Origin: Myxococcota bacterium
GTDB lineage: Bacteria; Myxococcota_A; SURF-8; G963663525
DNA: 32,945 nucleotides
Direction of reading: 5' to 3'
NCBI GenBank assembly: GCA_963676915.2
Contig: CAXXVK010000009.1
Coordinates: 1 to 32,945 of the forward strand
The translations under genes were made by a program, and so were the position numbers. A model generated the notes under the pieces. The model had not been told where the DNA came from and made no database searches. It was given only the letters and a program-made list of their open reading frames with translations. Below are positions 8,996 to 19,200 of the stretch, in pieces (within the stretch, counting starts at the first letter, position 1; each line of letters starts with the position of its first letter).

Positions 8996-10495
8996 TTACC
9001 AGGTAAACGAACCCAATAACGACACGGTATGCTCGCCAAGTGTAGACTTGCTGTTGTCATATTCGCTTGCTACGGCATGATCGCTTGCACCCTTCTGGGT
9101 GTTGGGAACGGCCAGCTCGTAGGCTACGTTGATTTCGAAAAAGTCGGCGTAGTTGTATCCACCGCCCAGGGTAATGTGATGTTCGACGATGGCAGGGAAG
9201 ACGGGAAAGACGGTTGAACTGGGTACAGGATTCTCGCCATAACTGTATCCCATACGACCGAAGACTCCTTCGAGAAACTCGTATTCCACGCCGACGGCAA
9301 TGGGAAACTGGTCCTTCCAGTTTAGGGGTAAGATTGTGACGACTTTGTCGCTGCCAATCATCCTGTTGATGTTTTCGTTGTCACCATCGGTCATGACCAT
9401 CTTGAATTTTTTCATGGAATCAGACCAGTGAATCCAGTGGATATCCACGGCGATCAGCAAGTTGTCAATCGGCTTGACCGCCAACCCCAACCCCACTTTT
9501 CGCGGCCAAGCAAAAGCGATCTTCGCGTCATAATTTGCACTGTACCCAATGGAAGGATCGATGCCGTTTGAGGCAAAAAAGTCTTCGATACCCTGTTGGA
9601 TTTCCTCCTGGGATGCGCCTATATTGGTAGGCATGGCAGCGAACGCATCGACCATTTTCGGCATGGCGTCGTCAAACTGCCCTTGCATGTCCATGCGTGC
9701 CTTGCCATGGAAAGTCAGCTTGCTTTTCATGGTGTATGTCAGACCAATGGATACCTTTTCATGCGGAGTAAGCAAAACTCCGAACTTACCGCCGAATCCG
9801 TAGGCGATGGCGTCTTTCAGCTCGGCAATAGCCGTCAATTCGTCGTAACCCAGCATGCCACCGAACAAAGCGCCATAACTTGTTTTCCCAACGTTTCCTC
9901 CGGCCATCGTCATACTGGCTTCACCTTCCATCAAGGAAGGTTGAACCGAGTAAGGCATTTTCATGGCCATCATGGCAAAACCTACGTTGAACGACACACC
10001 GATCGAAATCATTTTATGGGGTTGATAGGCCAACGCAGGCGATAGTTTCATGTAGGCGATCTGCGAGCGGTAATCGAGCTTCTCTCCCGGATGGATGACA
10101 GGGTGCTCCATCGAAAACTTGGCCCCCATACCTCCTTGGGCAAACATGCCCATGCCAAAAGAAATCGGTACTTTTTCTAAAGAATGGGCATAGGCCAGGA
10201 CAGGCATGGGGAAGATCTGCAACGCTCCATCCTTGTCGTTGACGGCGTTTTGAAAGTGAAGCGTGGGAATCATGAGGGCCGCCCCCGCATCGATCCTGTG
10301 ATTTTTTGTTTGGGTCAACCCGGCGGGATTCGTATTGATCGCGGTAGCATCGGTAGCCACGGCGAGGTCTGCGCCACCCATGCCTCCCGAACGAGCACCA
10401 ACGAACGTCATTTCCATACCGTTGGTCGCCAATGCCGGACGGAGGGATAGAAGAACGAAGCAGAACCCCAAAAACCATCGTGAAGATTTCAACAT
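8996..10495 (-). CDS. OmpP1/FadL/TodX-family outer-membrane transporter
   Basis: Signal peptide; GARSGGMGGA...DATAINTNPAGL N-terminal signature; beta-strand pattern; C-terminal aromatic (FTW). Start moved to ATG 10495, which has a gaagga RBS. Confidence 0.9.
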   Translation of the reverse strand: MLKSSRWFLGFCFVLLSLRPALATNGMEMTFVGARSGGMGGADLAVATDATAINTNPAGLTQTKNHRIDAGAALMIPTLHFQNAVNDKDGALQIFPMPVLAYAHSLEKVPISFGMGMFAQGGMGAKFSMEHPVIHPGEKLDYRSQIAYMKLSPALAYQPHKMISIGVSFNVGFAMMAMKMPYSVQPSLMEGEASMTMAGGNVGKTSYGALFGGMLGYDELTAIAELKDAIAYGFGGKFGVLLTPHEKVSIGLTYTMKSKLTFHGKARMDMQGQFDDAMPKMVDAFAAMPTNIGASQEEIQQGIEDFFASNGIDPSIGYSANYDAKIAFAWPRKVGLGLAVKPIDNLLIAVDIHWIHWSDSMKKFKMVMTDGDNENINRMIGSDKVVTILPLNWKDQFPIAVGVEYEFLEGVFGRMGYSYGENPVPSSTVFPVFPAIVEHHITLGGGYNYADFFEINVAYELAVPNTQKGASDHAVASEYDNSKSTLGEHTVSLLGSFTW

Positions 10496-10875
10496 GCCAT
10501 TTCCTTCGTTTGCCGCATGCAAAATGTGGGAGCCTGTGAAAAGAGACAACTCTCAAGGCTATCTTGGAAAAGGATAGGATGGTTGGTGTATTTTGTCAAT
10601 TAAAAATTAGAAAACATCATTGTGATGTATTCGAAATTTTGGTATCTTAAAATACATTAAGCGTTTTCAATAAACAGATCTTTTGTAAAAAGAGTCTGTT
10701 TTACATTCGACATTTGGAAAACGATGGCGGCAACTCAATAGGTCGCTATATGGAAAAAACACGAAAAAATGGCGAAGCTTTTAGAGATCCAGGTAATGGA
10801 ATTCCTATAAAACAGGATTTGAACAAGTTCCGACATGATATGGTAGGACGTTTTTTGTTTATGGAAAGAAAGCCG

Positions 10876-11772
10876 ATGATACTCGATAAGAAAATTCAGA
10901 TTTTTCTGACCGTAGCCAAAGCGGGAAGTTTCAGTCAAGGTTCTCGTCAACTGGGATTGAGTCCTTCCGTGGTCAGCTTTCATATCGATGCACTGGAAAA
11001 ATACTTGGGGGTATCCCTGTTCGACCGCCATGGCCGCAGTATTTCCCTGTCGAAAGAAGGGAAGTTTCTTTTAGACAAGACCCTGCCTTTGGCTCAGGAA
11101 GCCGAACTGCTCGAAGAGACATTTTCCAAGCACTCCCGTAAAATCAGCCTATGTATTCATCTTGCCGGTGACGCGCTTACCTGTGCGTATATCTTACCGA
11201 ATACACTTTCCGGCTTTCGCACCCTAGAACCAGATGTCTCTTTTACCTATGATCACCTGAATCAGGAAACAATGATCTCGGGCATCGTGAATGGTGAACT
11301 CGACATCGCCTTGGTCGGATACCACACCTCCCACAAGAAACTGGCGGTACAGGAATGTTTTCATGACGATATCGTTTTCATTGGCTTGCCTAGCCTAGTT
11401 CCGGAAAAGATTTCAGCACAAGAACTACGAATGCTTCCCCTGTTGTGGATTACCAGCGACCGTGGGTTGGAATTGGCCTTGAAAGCTGCACTTGCCAAAG
11501 TGGGGATTACTCCGAACAACCTGAATATTTTCATGGAAGTTACGGATCTTCCCATTCTGAAAATGCTGATCCGCGAAGGAGTTGGGAGCGCTTTTCTTCC
11601 TAGACTGGCCGTCGAAGACGAATTGAAGTACTCCTTGTTGCGTGAGGTCGAGGTTGAAGGCGTCAAAATACAACGAACGACCTATCTACTATACAATAAA
11701 GAGAGGGAACCTAGGGAGATTGTCTCTCGCTTTCTCGACTTTGCGATAAAAAACGGCCAGAATAGTAAGTGA
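10876..11772 (+). CDS. LysR-family transcriptional regulator (CysL/CbbR-like substrate domain)
   Basis: FLTVAKAGSFSQGSRQLGLSPSVVSFHIDALEKYLGVSLFDR HTH; ~298 aa; divergent from the FadL-like gene. Start could be 10861. Confidence 0.9.
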   Translation: MILDKKIQIFLTVAKAGSFSQGSRQLGLSPSVVSFHIDALEKYLGVSLFDRHGRSISLSKEGKFLLDKTLPLAQEAELLEETFSKHSRKISLCIHLAGDALTCAYILPNTLSGFRTLEPDVSFTYDHLNQETMISGIVNGELDIALVGYHTSHKKLAVQECFHDDIVFIGLPSLVPEKISAQELRMLPLLWITSDRGLELALKAALAKVGITPNNLNIFMEVTDLPILKMLIREGVGSAFLPRLAVEDELKYSLLREVEVEGVKIQRTTYLLYNKEREPREIVSRFLDFAIKNGQNSK

Positions 11773-11826
11773 TTCAATCTGGTGCAGATGCATGGCAGTG
11801 TAGGTAACATTGCATTGAGGCCATAT

Positions 11827-12750
11827 ATGAAAGACGAAGCGAAACACGTACGCAAAACACATACGACGGAGACGCGGCCTGCTTTTGGCCTACAGGCTCC
11901 GGAAGAGGAGAAACCATTCGGTGCGGTGAGACGCAGGCTGTTCGAAATCATTTTCGAGGACGATACTCAGGCGGGTAAGGGGTTCGACGTTCTACTGCTG
12001 ATAGCCATCGTTTTAAGCGTCTTGGCGGTGCTGCTCGAAAGCGTGGCGACGTTGCGCGAGAGCTATGGCGGACTGCTCTATGCCGTGGAATGGTTTTTCA
12101 CGATTCTGTTTTCGATTGAATACCTGCTACGCCTATTTTCGGTACGTCATCCGCACCGCTACGCGTTCAGTTTCTTCGGCGTCATCGACCTATTAGCTAC
12201 CATTCCCACCTACTTAAGCCTATTTCTGGTCGGCGCGCAATCGCTGCTGGTGATTCGCGTTTTTCGCCTGTTGCGCGTTTTTCGCGTGTTCAAGCTGACG
12301 CGCTATCTTAGCGAAGCGAGCGTGCTATTGATCGCTTTACGAGCCAGCCGCCAGAAGATCACCGTGTTTCTCGGTACGGTACTGGCGCTGGTGTTCACCA
12401 TGGGTAGCCTGATGTACCTGATTGAGGGATCGGAGAGTGGCTTCACCAGCATTCCACGTGGGATCTACTGGGCAATCGTTACACTCACGACCGTTGGCTA
12501 CGGTGACATTGCGCCGCAGACGGTACTTGGTCAAGCGCTGGCATCGATAGTGATGATTATGGGCTACGGCATCATCGCTGTCCCAACGGGAATCGTCACT
12601 GTCGAAATGGCGCGCGCTGCCAATCTGCCGATGATGACTGCTCCCTGCCATCACTGCGGAACAGCTCAACATCTTGCCGACGCCCGCTTTTGCCGAATCT
12701 GCGGCTCTTCGCTAAACGATGGTGAAACCCAAGATGGAGAATCTCGATGA
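11827..12750 (+). CDS. Voltage-gated-type potassium channel (ion transporter, 6 TM) with C-terminal zinc ribbon
   Basis: TTVGYGD selectivity filter; S4 helix IRVFRLLRVFRVFK; CHHC...CRIC. Start 11827 follows gagg; the ORF is open from 11782. Confidence 0.92.
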   Translation: MKDEAKHVRKTHTTETRPAFGLQAPEEEKPFGAVRRRLFEIIFEDDTQAGKGFDVLLLIAIVLSVLAVLLESVATLRESYGGLLYAVEWFFTILFSIEYLLRLFSVRHPHRYAFSFFGVIDLLATIPTYLSLFLVGAQSLLVIRVFRLLRVFRVFKLTRYLSEASVLLIALRASRQKITVFLGTVLALVFTMGSLMYLIEGSESGFTSIPRGIYWAIVTLTTVGYGDIAPQTVLGQALASIVMIMGYGIIAVPTGIVTVEMARAANLPMMTAPCHHCGTAQHLADARFCRICGSSLNDGETQDGESR

Positions 12751-12874
12751 TCCACGGCACATGTTTCCCGTATGCCAGTATCGAAGATCGCTGAACTTCC
12801 GTGGTTGCCCTATACCAGTATTTCTAAGGGTTGTTTCATGTCTTAGAAATCATCTCGATGTGATGAATCCAACA

Positions 12875-13069
12875 TCAGGCATTCCGAGTAAAGGCAACGT
12901 CCGAGCAACGCCAGCACCCTTGTTTTTCCAGATCCTTGCTTTCATCCACATGGGCATCGCACAGCCAATTACAGCCGTTGGGGTCCACGATGACTTTCAT
13001 CGGTCGGGCGGCTTTGTGGGGTTCGATGGTGGTGGAGAAGCTTCCTTCCAGTTTTTTTTCTTCGCTCAT
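12875..13069 (-). CDS. Small (64 aa) 4-Cys hypothetical protein
   Basis: Strong RBS aggagg; CNWLC and CWRC motifs; lies directly downstream of a sigma54 promoter. Confidence 0.8.
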   Translation of the reverse strand: MSEEKKLEGSFSTTIEPHKAARPMKVIVDPNGCNWLCDAHVDESKDLEKQGCWRCSDVAFTRNA

Positions 13070-13141
13070 GACATCCTCCTTGCGGTTTTGTTACAGGCAC
13101 CCATTGTGGGGTCGCCTGTTTCATTTTCTGCTTTGTGTAAA

Positions 13142-13157
13142 AGCAAGGAAAATGCCA
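13142..13157 (-). promoter_or_regulatory. Sigma54 (-24/-12) promoter for the 64-aa gene
   Basis: Minus strand TGGCAT-TTTCC-TTGCT matches TGGCAC-N5-TTGCW with exact spacing; next to a sigma54 activator gene. Confidence 0.85.
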
Positions 13158-13231
13158 TAAGTCCTAACTGCTGAATAATACAGGGGTTATCTCGGTATAG
13201 GGGTTTAGGGGTATTTTTATTTGTCTTAAAA

Positions 13232-13281
13232 GAATGCGTATATGCTACTCTTTATAGGAATGCAGTTGCAATAACGCATCT
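13232..13281. promoter_or_regulatory. Two putative enhancer (UAS) boxes, consensus AGTTGCA-N4-TGCAACT
   Basis: GAATGCG-TATA-TGCTACT (13232-13249) and AGTTGCA-ATAA-CGCATCT (13264-13281); centres 32 bp apart; 75-125 bp upstream of the -24 element. Confidence 0.6.
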
Positions 13282-14679
13282 CTATGTCGAGTTTCGGGAG
13301 CGACCATCCCGGTCGGGTAAATCCAGCCCCAGTTTACGAATCTTACGGTGTAACGTGGTTTTATGGATGCCCAATGCCTTGGCCGTTTCCAGTCGATTAT
13401 AACCGTTTTCGGCGAGTTTCCTCGTCAGGAATTCACGTTCCATTTCCTCTAGAGTAGCAGGACTGCAACTGTCTGGATCGATACGATCCGACCGGAGAAC
13501 ATCGGGTAGATGCTCCATAGCAATCAGTCCACCGGGACAGAGCACGAAAGCGTGCTCGACGATATTTTCCAACTCGCGCACGTTTCCAGGATAATTGTAG
13601 CCGAGCAGTGCCCGCATGGCGTCGGGAGAGAAGCCAGACACCTGTTTGTTTCGCAACAGGCGCAATCGCCGTAAAAAATGTTCGGCCAACAGGGGAACAT
13701 CGCCCTCGCGTCGTCGCAAAGGAGGCAGTTTCAGTTCGATTACGTTGAGACGATAATACAGGTCTTCGCGAAAACTTCGCTCACGTACGTTATCGACAAG
13801 GTCTCGGTTGGTGGCCGACAGGATACGCACATCGGATGTTTCACTGGCATGGCCCCCCAGAGGTTCATAGGTTTTTTCCTGAAGAAAACGCAGTAATTTC
13901 ACCTGCATCGGCAGGGGAAGGTCTCCGATTTCGTCGAGAAACAGTGTACCTCCCTTGGCCAATGCCACGCGGCCCGGTTTATCTCGGGTCGCCCCCGTAA
14001 AAGCACCTGCCTTGTACCCGAACAGTTCCGACTCGATCAACTCGGACGGAAGTGCCCCGCAATTGACCGCGACAAATGGCTGCTCTTTGCGGTCACTCAA
14101 ATCATGCAAGGCATGTGCGACCAGCTCTTTTCCCGTGCCGCTTTCCCCTCTGATCAGCACGGTGCTGTCTCCGATCGCTACTGTCGGTAGACGCTCAAAC
14201 AGGCTTTGCATCAGTGCGCTTTTACCGATGATATCGGCGAAAGAATAGCTTTTTTCCACTTGCCGCCGGAGAGATTCGACCAGGCGCAGATCGCGGAACG
14301 TCTCGACACCACCGACCACGCGCCCCTCTTTGTCGCGCAGCAGGGACGTGGAAATACTTACCGGCAGAGTTTCGCCGTTGGCAGAGGTAATGGTGATTGC
14401 CAAGTCCACGATGGGTTGTCCCGTTTCCAGCGTATAGCGCATGGCGCAAGCATCGTGGCAGATGTTGGTTTGCAACACGTCGTGGCAGGGGCGACCAAGG
14501 ACTTCTTCCTTTTTGTACCCAGTGATCGCTTCAGCCGCCCGATTGAAACAGGCGATGTTCATCCGGTTATCCACGGCATATACACCGTCAGAAATGCTGG
14601 ACAACACCGCCTCGAAACGTTCCTCCGGCGAAGAATGTCGCCAAACCCGTCCTTCGAAGCATTCCTTGTTTTCTGCCAT
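13282..14679 (-). CDS. PAS-domain sigma54-dependent activator (bEBP), OrpR-like
   Basis: PAS with C-HDVLQTNI-C-HDA-C (CX8CX3C); GESGTGKE Walker A; GAFTGA; LFLDEIG; Fis-type HTH. Start ATG 14679 has an aggagg RBS. Confidence 0.93.
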   Translation of the reverse strand: MAENKECFEGRVWRHSSPEERFEAVLSSISDGVYAVDNRMNIACFNRAAEAITGYKKEEVLGRPCHDVLQTNICHDACAMRYTLETGQPIVDLAITITSANGETLPVSISTSLLRDKEGRVVGGVETFRDLRLVESLRRQVEKSYSFADIIGKSALMQSLFERLPTVAIGDSTVLIRGESGTGKELVAHALHDLSDRKEQPFVAVNCGALPSELIESELFGYKAGAFTGATRDKPGRVALAKGGTLFLDEIGDLPLPMQVKLLRFLQEKTYEPLGGHASETSDVRILSATNRDLVDNVRERSFREDLYYRLNVIELKLPPLRRREGDVPLLAEHFLRRLRLLRNKQVSGFSPDAMRALLGYNYPGNVRELENIVEHAFVLCPGGLIAMEHLPDVLRSDRIDPDSCSPATLEEMEREFLTRKLAENGYNRLETAKALGIHKTTLHRKIRKLGLDLPDRDGRSRNST

Positions 14680-14715
14680 GGATTCCTCCTGTTTCAAAAA
14701 CGATCTATGCATAAC

Positions 14716-14733
14716 AGTGGCAAAAATGCAACT
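14716..14733. promoter_or_regulatory. Third copy of the palindromic box, upstream of the activator gene (putative autoregulatory site)
   Basis: AGTGGCA-AAAA-TGCAACT, one mismatch from a perfect 7-4-7 palindrome. Confidence 0.55.
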
Positions 14734-14801
14734 GAATAACAAGAATCTCTATGTTTTTTCAATAAAGGGTTAACGAACGTCGAATTATGCCGAAAAAAAC
14801 A

Positions 14802-14829
14802 TTGACACATTCGCACGATCATGCGATTG
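14802..14829 (+). promoter_or_regulatory. TTGACA hexamer followed by an imperfect palindrome (putative ArsR-family operator)
   Basis: ttgaca 14802-14807, then CATTCGCA-CGATCA-TGCGATTG 14808-14829; no clean -10 hexamer at 17 bp. Confidence 0.4.
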
Positions 14830-14872
14830 ATAAAACGTAAGCGGTAAACAACGCTTCGGAAAGGAATGCTTT

Positions 14873-15217
14873 ATGGACCAGCGCAGAAATCAGCAGGAAT
14901 CGGTACTCCCCGATATCTTCGATCTGCACGCCGAGTTCTGTAAAATCTTCAGCGATCCGAAACGTCTGCGCATTATGTGGAGTCTGCAACAGGGAGAACG
15001 CTCAGTTAGCGATCTGGCAAAGGAATTGGGACTTACCGTCTCCAATACGTCCCAGCATCTGCGCATGATGTTCGATCGAGGCGCGGTGACCTACCGCCGC
15101 GAAGGGAAAACCATCTTTTATCGCATCGCCAACGACAAATTCATCGAAGGCTGCTTGAAAATCCGAGAAGGTCTGAAAGAACAATTGATACGGAACAATC
15201 AGGCCGCTTCCTCTTGA
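14873..15217 (+). CDS. ArsR/SmtB-family transcriptional regulator with two Cys
   Basis: FCKIFSDPKRLRI...SVSDLAKELG....TSQHL...RREGKTIFY; RBS aagga. Confidence 0.92.
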   Translation: MDQRRNQQESVLPDIFDLHAEFCKIFSDPKRLRIMWSLQQGERSVSDLAKELGLTVSNTSQHLRMMFDRGAVTYRREGKTIFYRIANDKFIEGCLKIREGLKEQLIRNNQAASS

Positions 15218-15272
15218 TAACAAACACATATCTTCGTCAAGAATTCTATGGATGAAAAGCGGAGTAAGCACC

Positions 15273-16193
15273 ATGGGAGTGAACCGAAGAACCTTTTTGA
15301 AAGTGGCGGGCATTACCATGGCTGCCGCTTTGCCGCACAAAGCTGCTGCCAAGGAGTCAACATCACCCGATGCCGATCCGGTCGGATGCCTGGTGGACAC
15401 CACCAAATGCATCGGATGCCGCAAATGCGAGCAAGCCTGCAATCGCGCCAATCGGCTTCCTATGCCGGAAAAACCGTTCGATGACCGCTGGGTTCTACGT
15501 GAGCGCCGCCGCCCGGACGCCACCCGTCATACTGTGGTCAACAGTTATCCGGGACGTCCTTCGCCTGTTCAAACCGACCGAAAGGAAACCAATGTCAAGG
15601 TTCAGTGCATGCACTGTCTGGACCCGGCCTGTGTTTCGGCCTGCATCGTCGGTGCGCTGACAAAATCCGAGACAGGTCCGGTGCTCTACGAGGCCGACAA
15701 ATGCATCGGATGCCGTTATTGCATGGTGGCCTGTCCTTTCGAGATTCCCGCGTATCAGTACGACGAACCAGTGGCGCCGAAAGTCACGAAATGTACTTTC
15801 TGCGTGGATGAACAGGAAAAAACCGGCGCATCTCCCGCCTGTGCCGCAGCTTGTCCCATGGAAGCGCTGGTCTTCGGAAAACGTGCGGACCTCTTGAAAC
15901 TGGCCCGCCGCCGGATCGAATCCAAGCCGGATCGTTACATCGATCATATCTACGGAGAAAAGGAAGTCGGCGGAACAAGCTGGTTGTATCTCACCGGACG
16001 CCCGGCTGAGGAACTTGAGCTGCCCAAACTTCCCGAAACCGCCCCGCCCCGGCTCTCGGAATCGATCCAGCACACCATTTTCAACTATGGAGCCATTCCG
16101 CTGGCATTCTACGGAAGCCTGGCGGGCGTCATGTGGATGAGTCGCCGCAAGAACGGTGATTCGTCCGAAAAAACGGATGAAAAACAATCCTGA
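15273..16193 (+). CDS. Tat-exported 4Fe-4S dicluster electron-transfer subunit (HybA/HmcB/NrfC-like) with C-terminal TM helix
   Basis: NRRTFLK twin-Arg signal; CIGCRKCEQAC, CMHCLDPACVSAC, CIGCRYCMVACP, KCTFC...PACAAACP. Confidence 0.92.
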   Translation: MGVNRRTFLKVAGITMAAALPHKAAAKESTSPDADPVGCLVDTTKCIGCRKCEQACNRANRLPMPEKPFDDRWVLRERRRPDATRHTVVNSYPGRPSPVQTDRKETNVKVQCMHCLDPACVSACIVGALTKSETGPVLYEADKCIGCRYCMVACPFEIPAYQYDEPVAPKVTKCTFCVDEQEKTGASPACAAACPMEALVFGKRADLLKLARRRIESKPDRYIDHIYGEKEVGGTSWLYLTGRPAEELELPKLPETAPPRLSESIQHTIFNYGAIPLAFYGSLAGVMWMSRRKNGDSSEKTDEKQS

Positions 16194-16225
16194 TTCTCCA
16201 AACCTACAGCGAAAAGTGACCGACG

Positions 16226-19200
16226 ATGCAAACGACCAAACCACTTCGATTCTGGACGCCCGGTGCTCTTGTACTCGTGGCGATCATGGCCGTGGGGTAT
16301 TTATTCGGACTGGCGCGCATGATCACGGGCCTGGGACCGGTCACAAACCTGACCGACCAATACCCCTGGGGAATATGGATCGGCATCGACGTAGCCTCCG
16401 GTGTCGCACTGGCGGCGGGCGGATTCACCACGGCAGCGCTGATCAATATTTTCGGACGCGCCAAATACCACCCGCTGGAACGCCCGGCTCTGCTCACAGC
16501 TTGGCTGGGTTATACTTTCGTGGGTGTGGGTTTGATGTTCGACCTGGGCCGCTATTACAACATCTGGCATCCGGCTATTTACTGGCAAGGCAACTCGGTC
16601 CTGTTCGAGGTCGGTATGTGCGTGATGTTCTATCTCACCGTACTGACAGTGGAATTTTCTCCGACGCTTCTGGAGGGAATCATCCGTCGCGAAGGGGAAA
16701 GCATGGTTTTGGGCCGATTGGCGAAAAGCCTGAGTCGCCCACTAAACGCGCTACACATGATGATTTGTCGTGTACTGCCGCTGTTTATCATTGCAGGTGT
16801 TGTTTTGTCCTTCATGCACCAATCCTCATTGGGTTCTCTGATGCTCATCGCGCCGACCAAGCTGAGCAGCTTGTGGTGGACACCCATTTTACCCATTCTG
16901 TTTTTACTCTCGGCCATCATGATCGGCTTCCCGATGGTCATTTTCGAATCGATCAGCGCTGCAAAAGCCTTTGGACGTACTCCCGAAATGGAGTTGCTTA
17001 CACCGTTGTCGAGGGTGATTCCCTGGTTTTTAGGATTGTATGCTTTGGTCAAATTCGGGGATCTCGCGTTTCGCTGGGATCAACTCGACTTCCTGGCCCG
17101 TCCTTCCGACACGGCGGCTCTGTTTGTCGAAATTGGCGTTGGAGTGGTGATTCCTTTCGTCATGTTGTTGCAGAAATCCGTGCGCCGCTCGACGTTCTGG
17201 TTGTTCATCGCCGTGTCCGCGATGATCCTGGGCGTGTTGCTCAACCGAATAAATGTGTTCATCGTCGGTTTCCATCCGCCGTTCGGTGAAAGCGGGTATT
17301 TTCCGGCCATCGGTGAAATCGCCGTAACGATGGGCCTGATTGCCACTATCGTTTTTCTTTATCGCTTTTTCGCCTACTATTTTCCCGTGTTCGATGCCCA
17401 AAATCTCTCTGTAAAAGAAGAAGAGTGCGAAAGCCGTAGGCGTCGCGCTCCCGGACTGGCGTGGATGGCCCGTGGTCTTGCCATAGTGCTGATGCTGTCG
17501 TTCGTGATCCTCTACGCCGTGGTCCATCGCCAGGGCATCAAAACAAGCGTCGTACAATTTGCCGATGCAGCCTATGCGAAAGCCTCCGAAAAGTCCGAAA
17601 CACACGATCCTCTGAATATCCCCGAGCCGTTGTCTTTCTCGGCGGAAACCATGCCGAAAATGCTGATACTCAACCGTCAGCAGGCCAACGAAAAAATCAA
17701 CGATTACGAAGCTGTGCGTTTCATGCACAAAGCCCATGCGTCGCGATTGGATGGCAATTGCAGCCTCTGTCACCACAAAGTTCAGCGGCATAAAGGAGAC
17801 CGCATCGGCGAAGCGCTGGAATTCTCCGACATGGACGAGCGCAAACCCGCATCTTGCGTGGCCTGCCACCAATATCCCAACGAGGCGGATGCCCCGGACC
17901 GTCCGGGTTTGAAAGGCGCTTATCACGCACAGTGCATTGGTTGTCACGAGCAGGAAAAAAGCGAAAACGCCCCCACCGACTGCACCGGTTGCCACGCCAA
18001 GCGCACACCCGATCATGGAGAATTCATTCATTTTGCCGGAAAACCCGACCCACGGGAAATTACATCCCGCTGTCTGGAGTGTCACGAGCAGGTGGGAGAG
18101 GATATTCTGCAAACCGCGCATTGGAAATGGGAAGGACCATCTCCCCATACAAAAGGCTACGAGCACCGAACGGATCTAGGTAAAAAGAAGGTCATCAACA
18201 ACTATTGCATCCACGTTCGTTCCAACGAAGCCCGCTGTTCCCAATGCCACATCGGTTACGGTTGGGAAAACGACGAGTTCGACTTCAACGACCCCACGAA
18301 CATCGACTGCCTTGTTTGTCACGACACCACCGGCACTTATGCCAAGGATGCTCCGAACGGCGGCTTGCCCAAGGCAGAAGTCAACACCGTTCAAGTTGCG
18401 AGCCACATTGGCAAAACCTCGCGCCAGACCTGCGGAAAATGCCACTTCTTCGGGGGGGGGGGAGCGAACGTCAAGCATGGCGACCTCGAACCCACGCTGA
18501 TGAACCCGCCGGACGAATTCGACGTGCATATGGGGCGCGCCGGGATGGATTGCCAGGACTGTCACCGAACCCAAGAACACCGTATCGCGGGACAATGTCT
18601 AGCGATTCCTACCAGCGAAGGCCGCGTGAGTTGCGAACAGTGTCATGGGGACAAACCCCACAACATGAATCACGACATCGGTTTCCACCTCGACAAGCAC
18701 ACCCGGTCGGTTTCTTGTCAAACCTGCCATATTCCGCATTTCGCCAAGAAAACCCCAACCAAGATGTTTTGGGACTGGTCCACGGCGGGTAAAAAACTGG
18801 CGGTCGAAAAAGACGAATACGGGATGCCGAATTACAACAACAAAAAAGGTTCTTTCCGCTGGGGGATGAACGTCGATCCTTGCGTGACCTGGTATGATGG
18901 TACCCATCGTCGCCATTTGCTGGGAGATCCGGTCGAAGATCCGGACAAACCGACGCTTTTGAATACTCCGGAAGGTTCCATCCAAGATCCGAGCGCAAAG
19001 CTGTATCCTTTCAAATGCTATTCAGCAGTGATTCCCATGGACGCTGAGCGAAAAATTTTCGCGGTACCGAACCTTTGGAAAGGGTTTTGGAAAGATTTCG
19101 ACTGGCAGAAGAGCCTTGCACAAGGCATGAAACTGTTCGGTGAACCTTTCTCCGGTAAGGTCGGATTTGGCAAAGCGGATATGTTCTGGGCAATCAACCA

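Noticed and set aside
10550-10875. ATTC-N8-GAAT-like or LysR T-N11-A boxes between the FadL-like and LysR genes
   Set aside because: Only partial matches in AT-rich DNA; not distinguishable from chance.
11827-12750. K+ channel with zinc ribbon as a novelty
   Set aside because: This architecture is a common bacterial ion-transporter family.
16156-17289. 377-aa alternative-frame ORF and 378-aa antisense ORF (17030-18166)
   Set aside because: They overlap the well-supported NrfD-c3-OTR frame and carry no motifs.
15273-17400. Calling the HybA/HybB-like pair a hydrogenase-2 operon
   Set aside because: No NiFe large or small subunit or maturation genes; the catalytic partner is the fused OTR domain.
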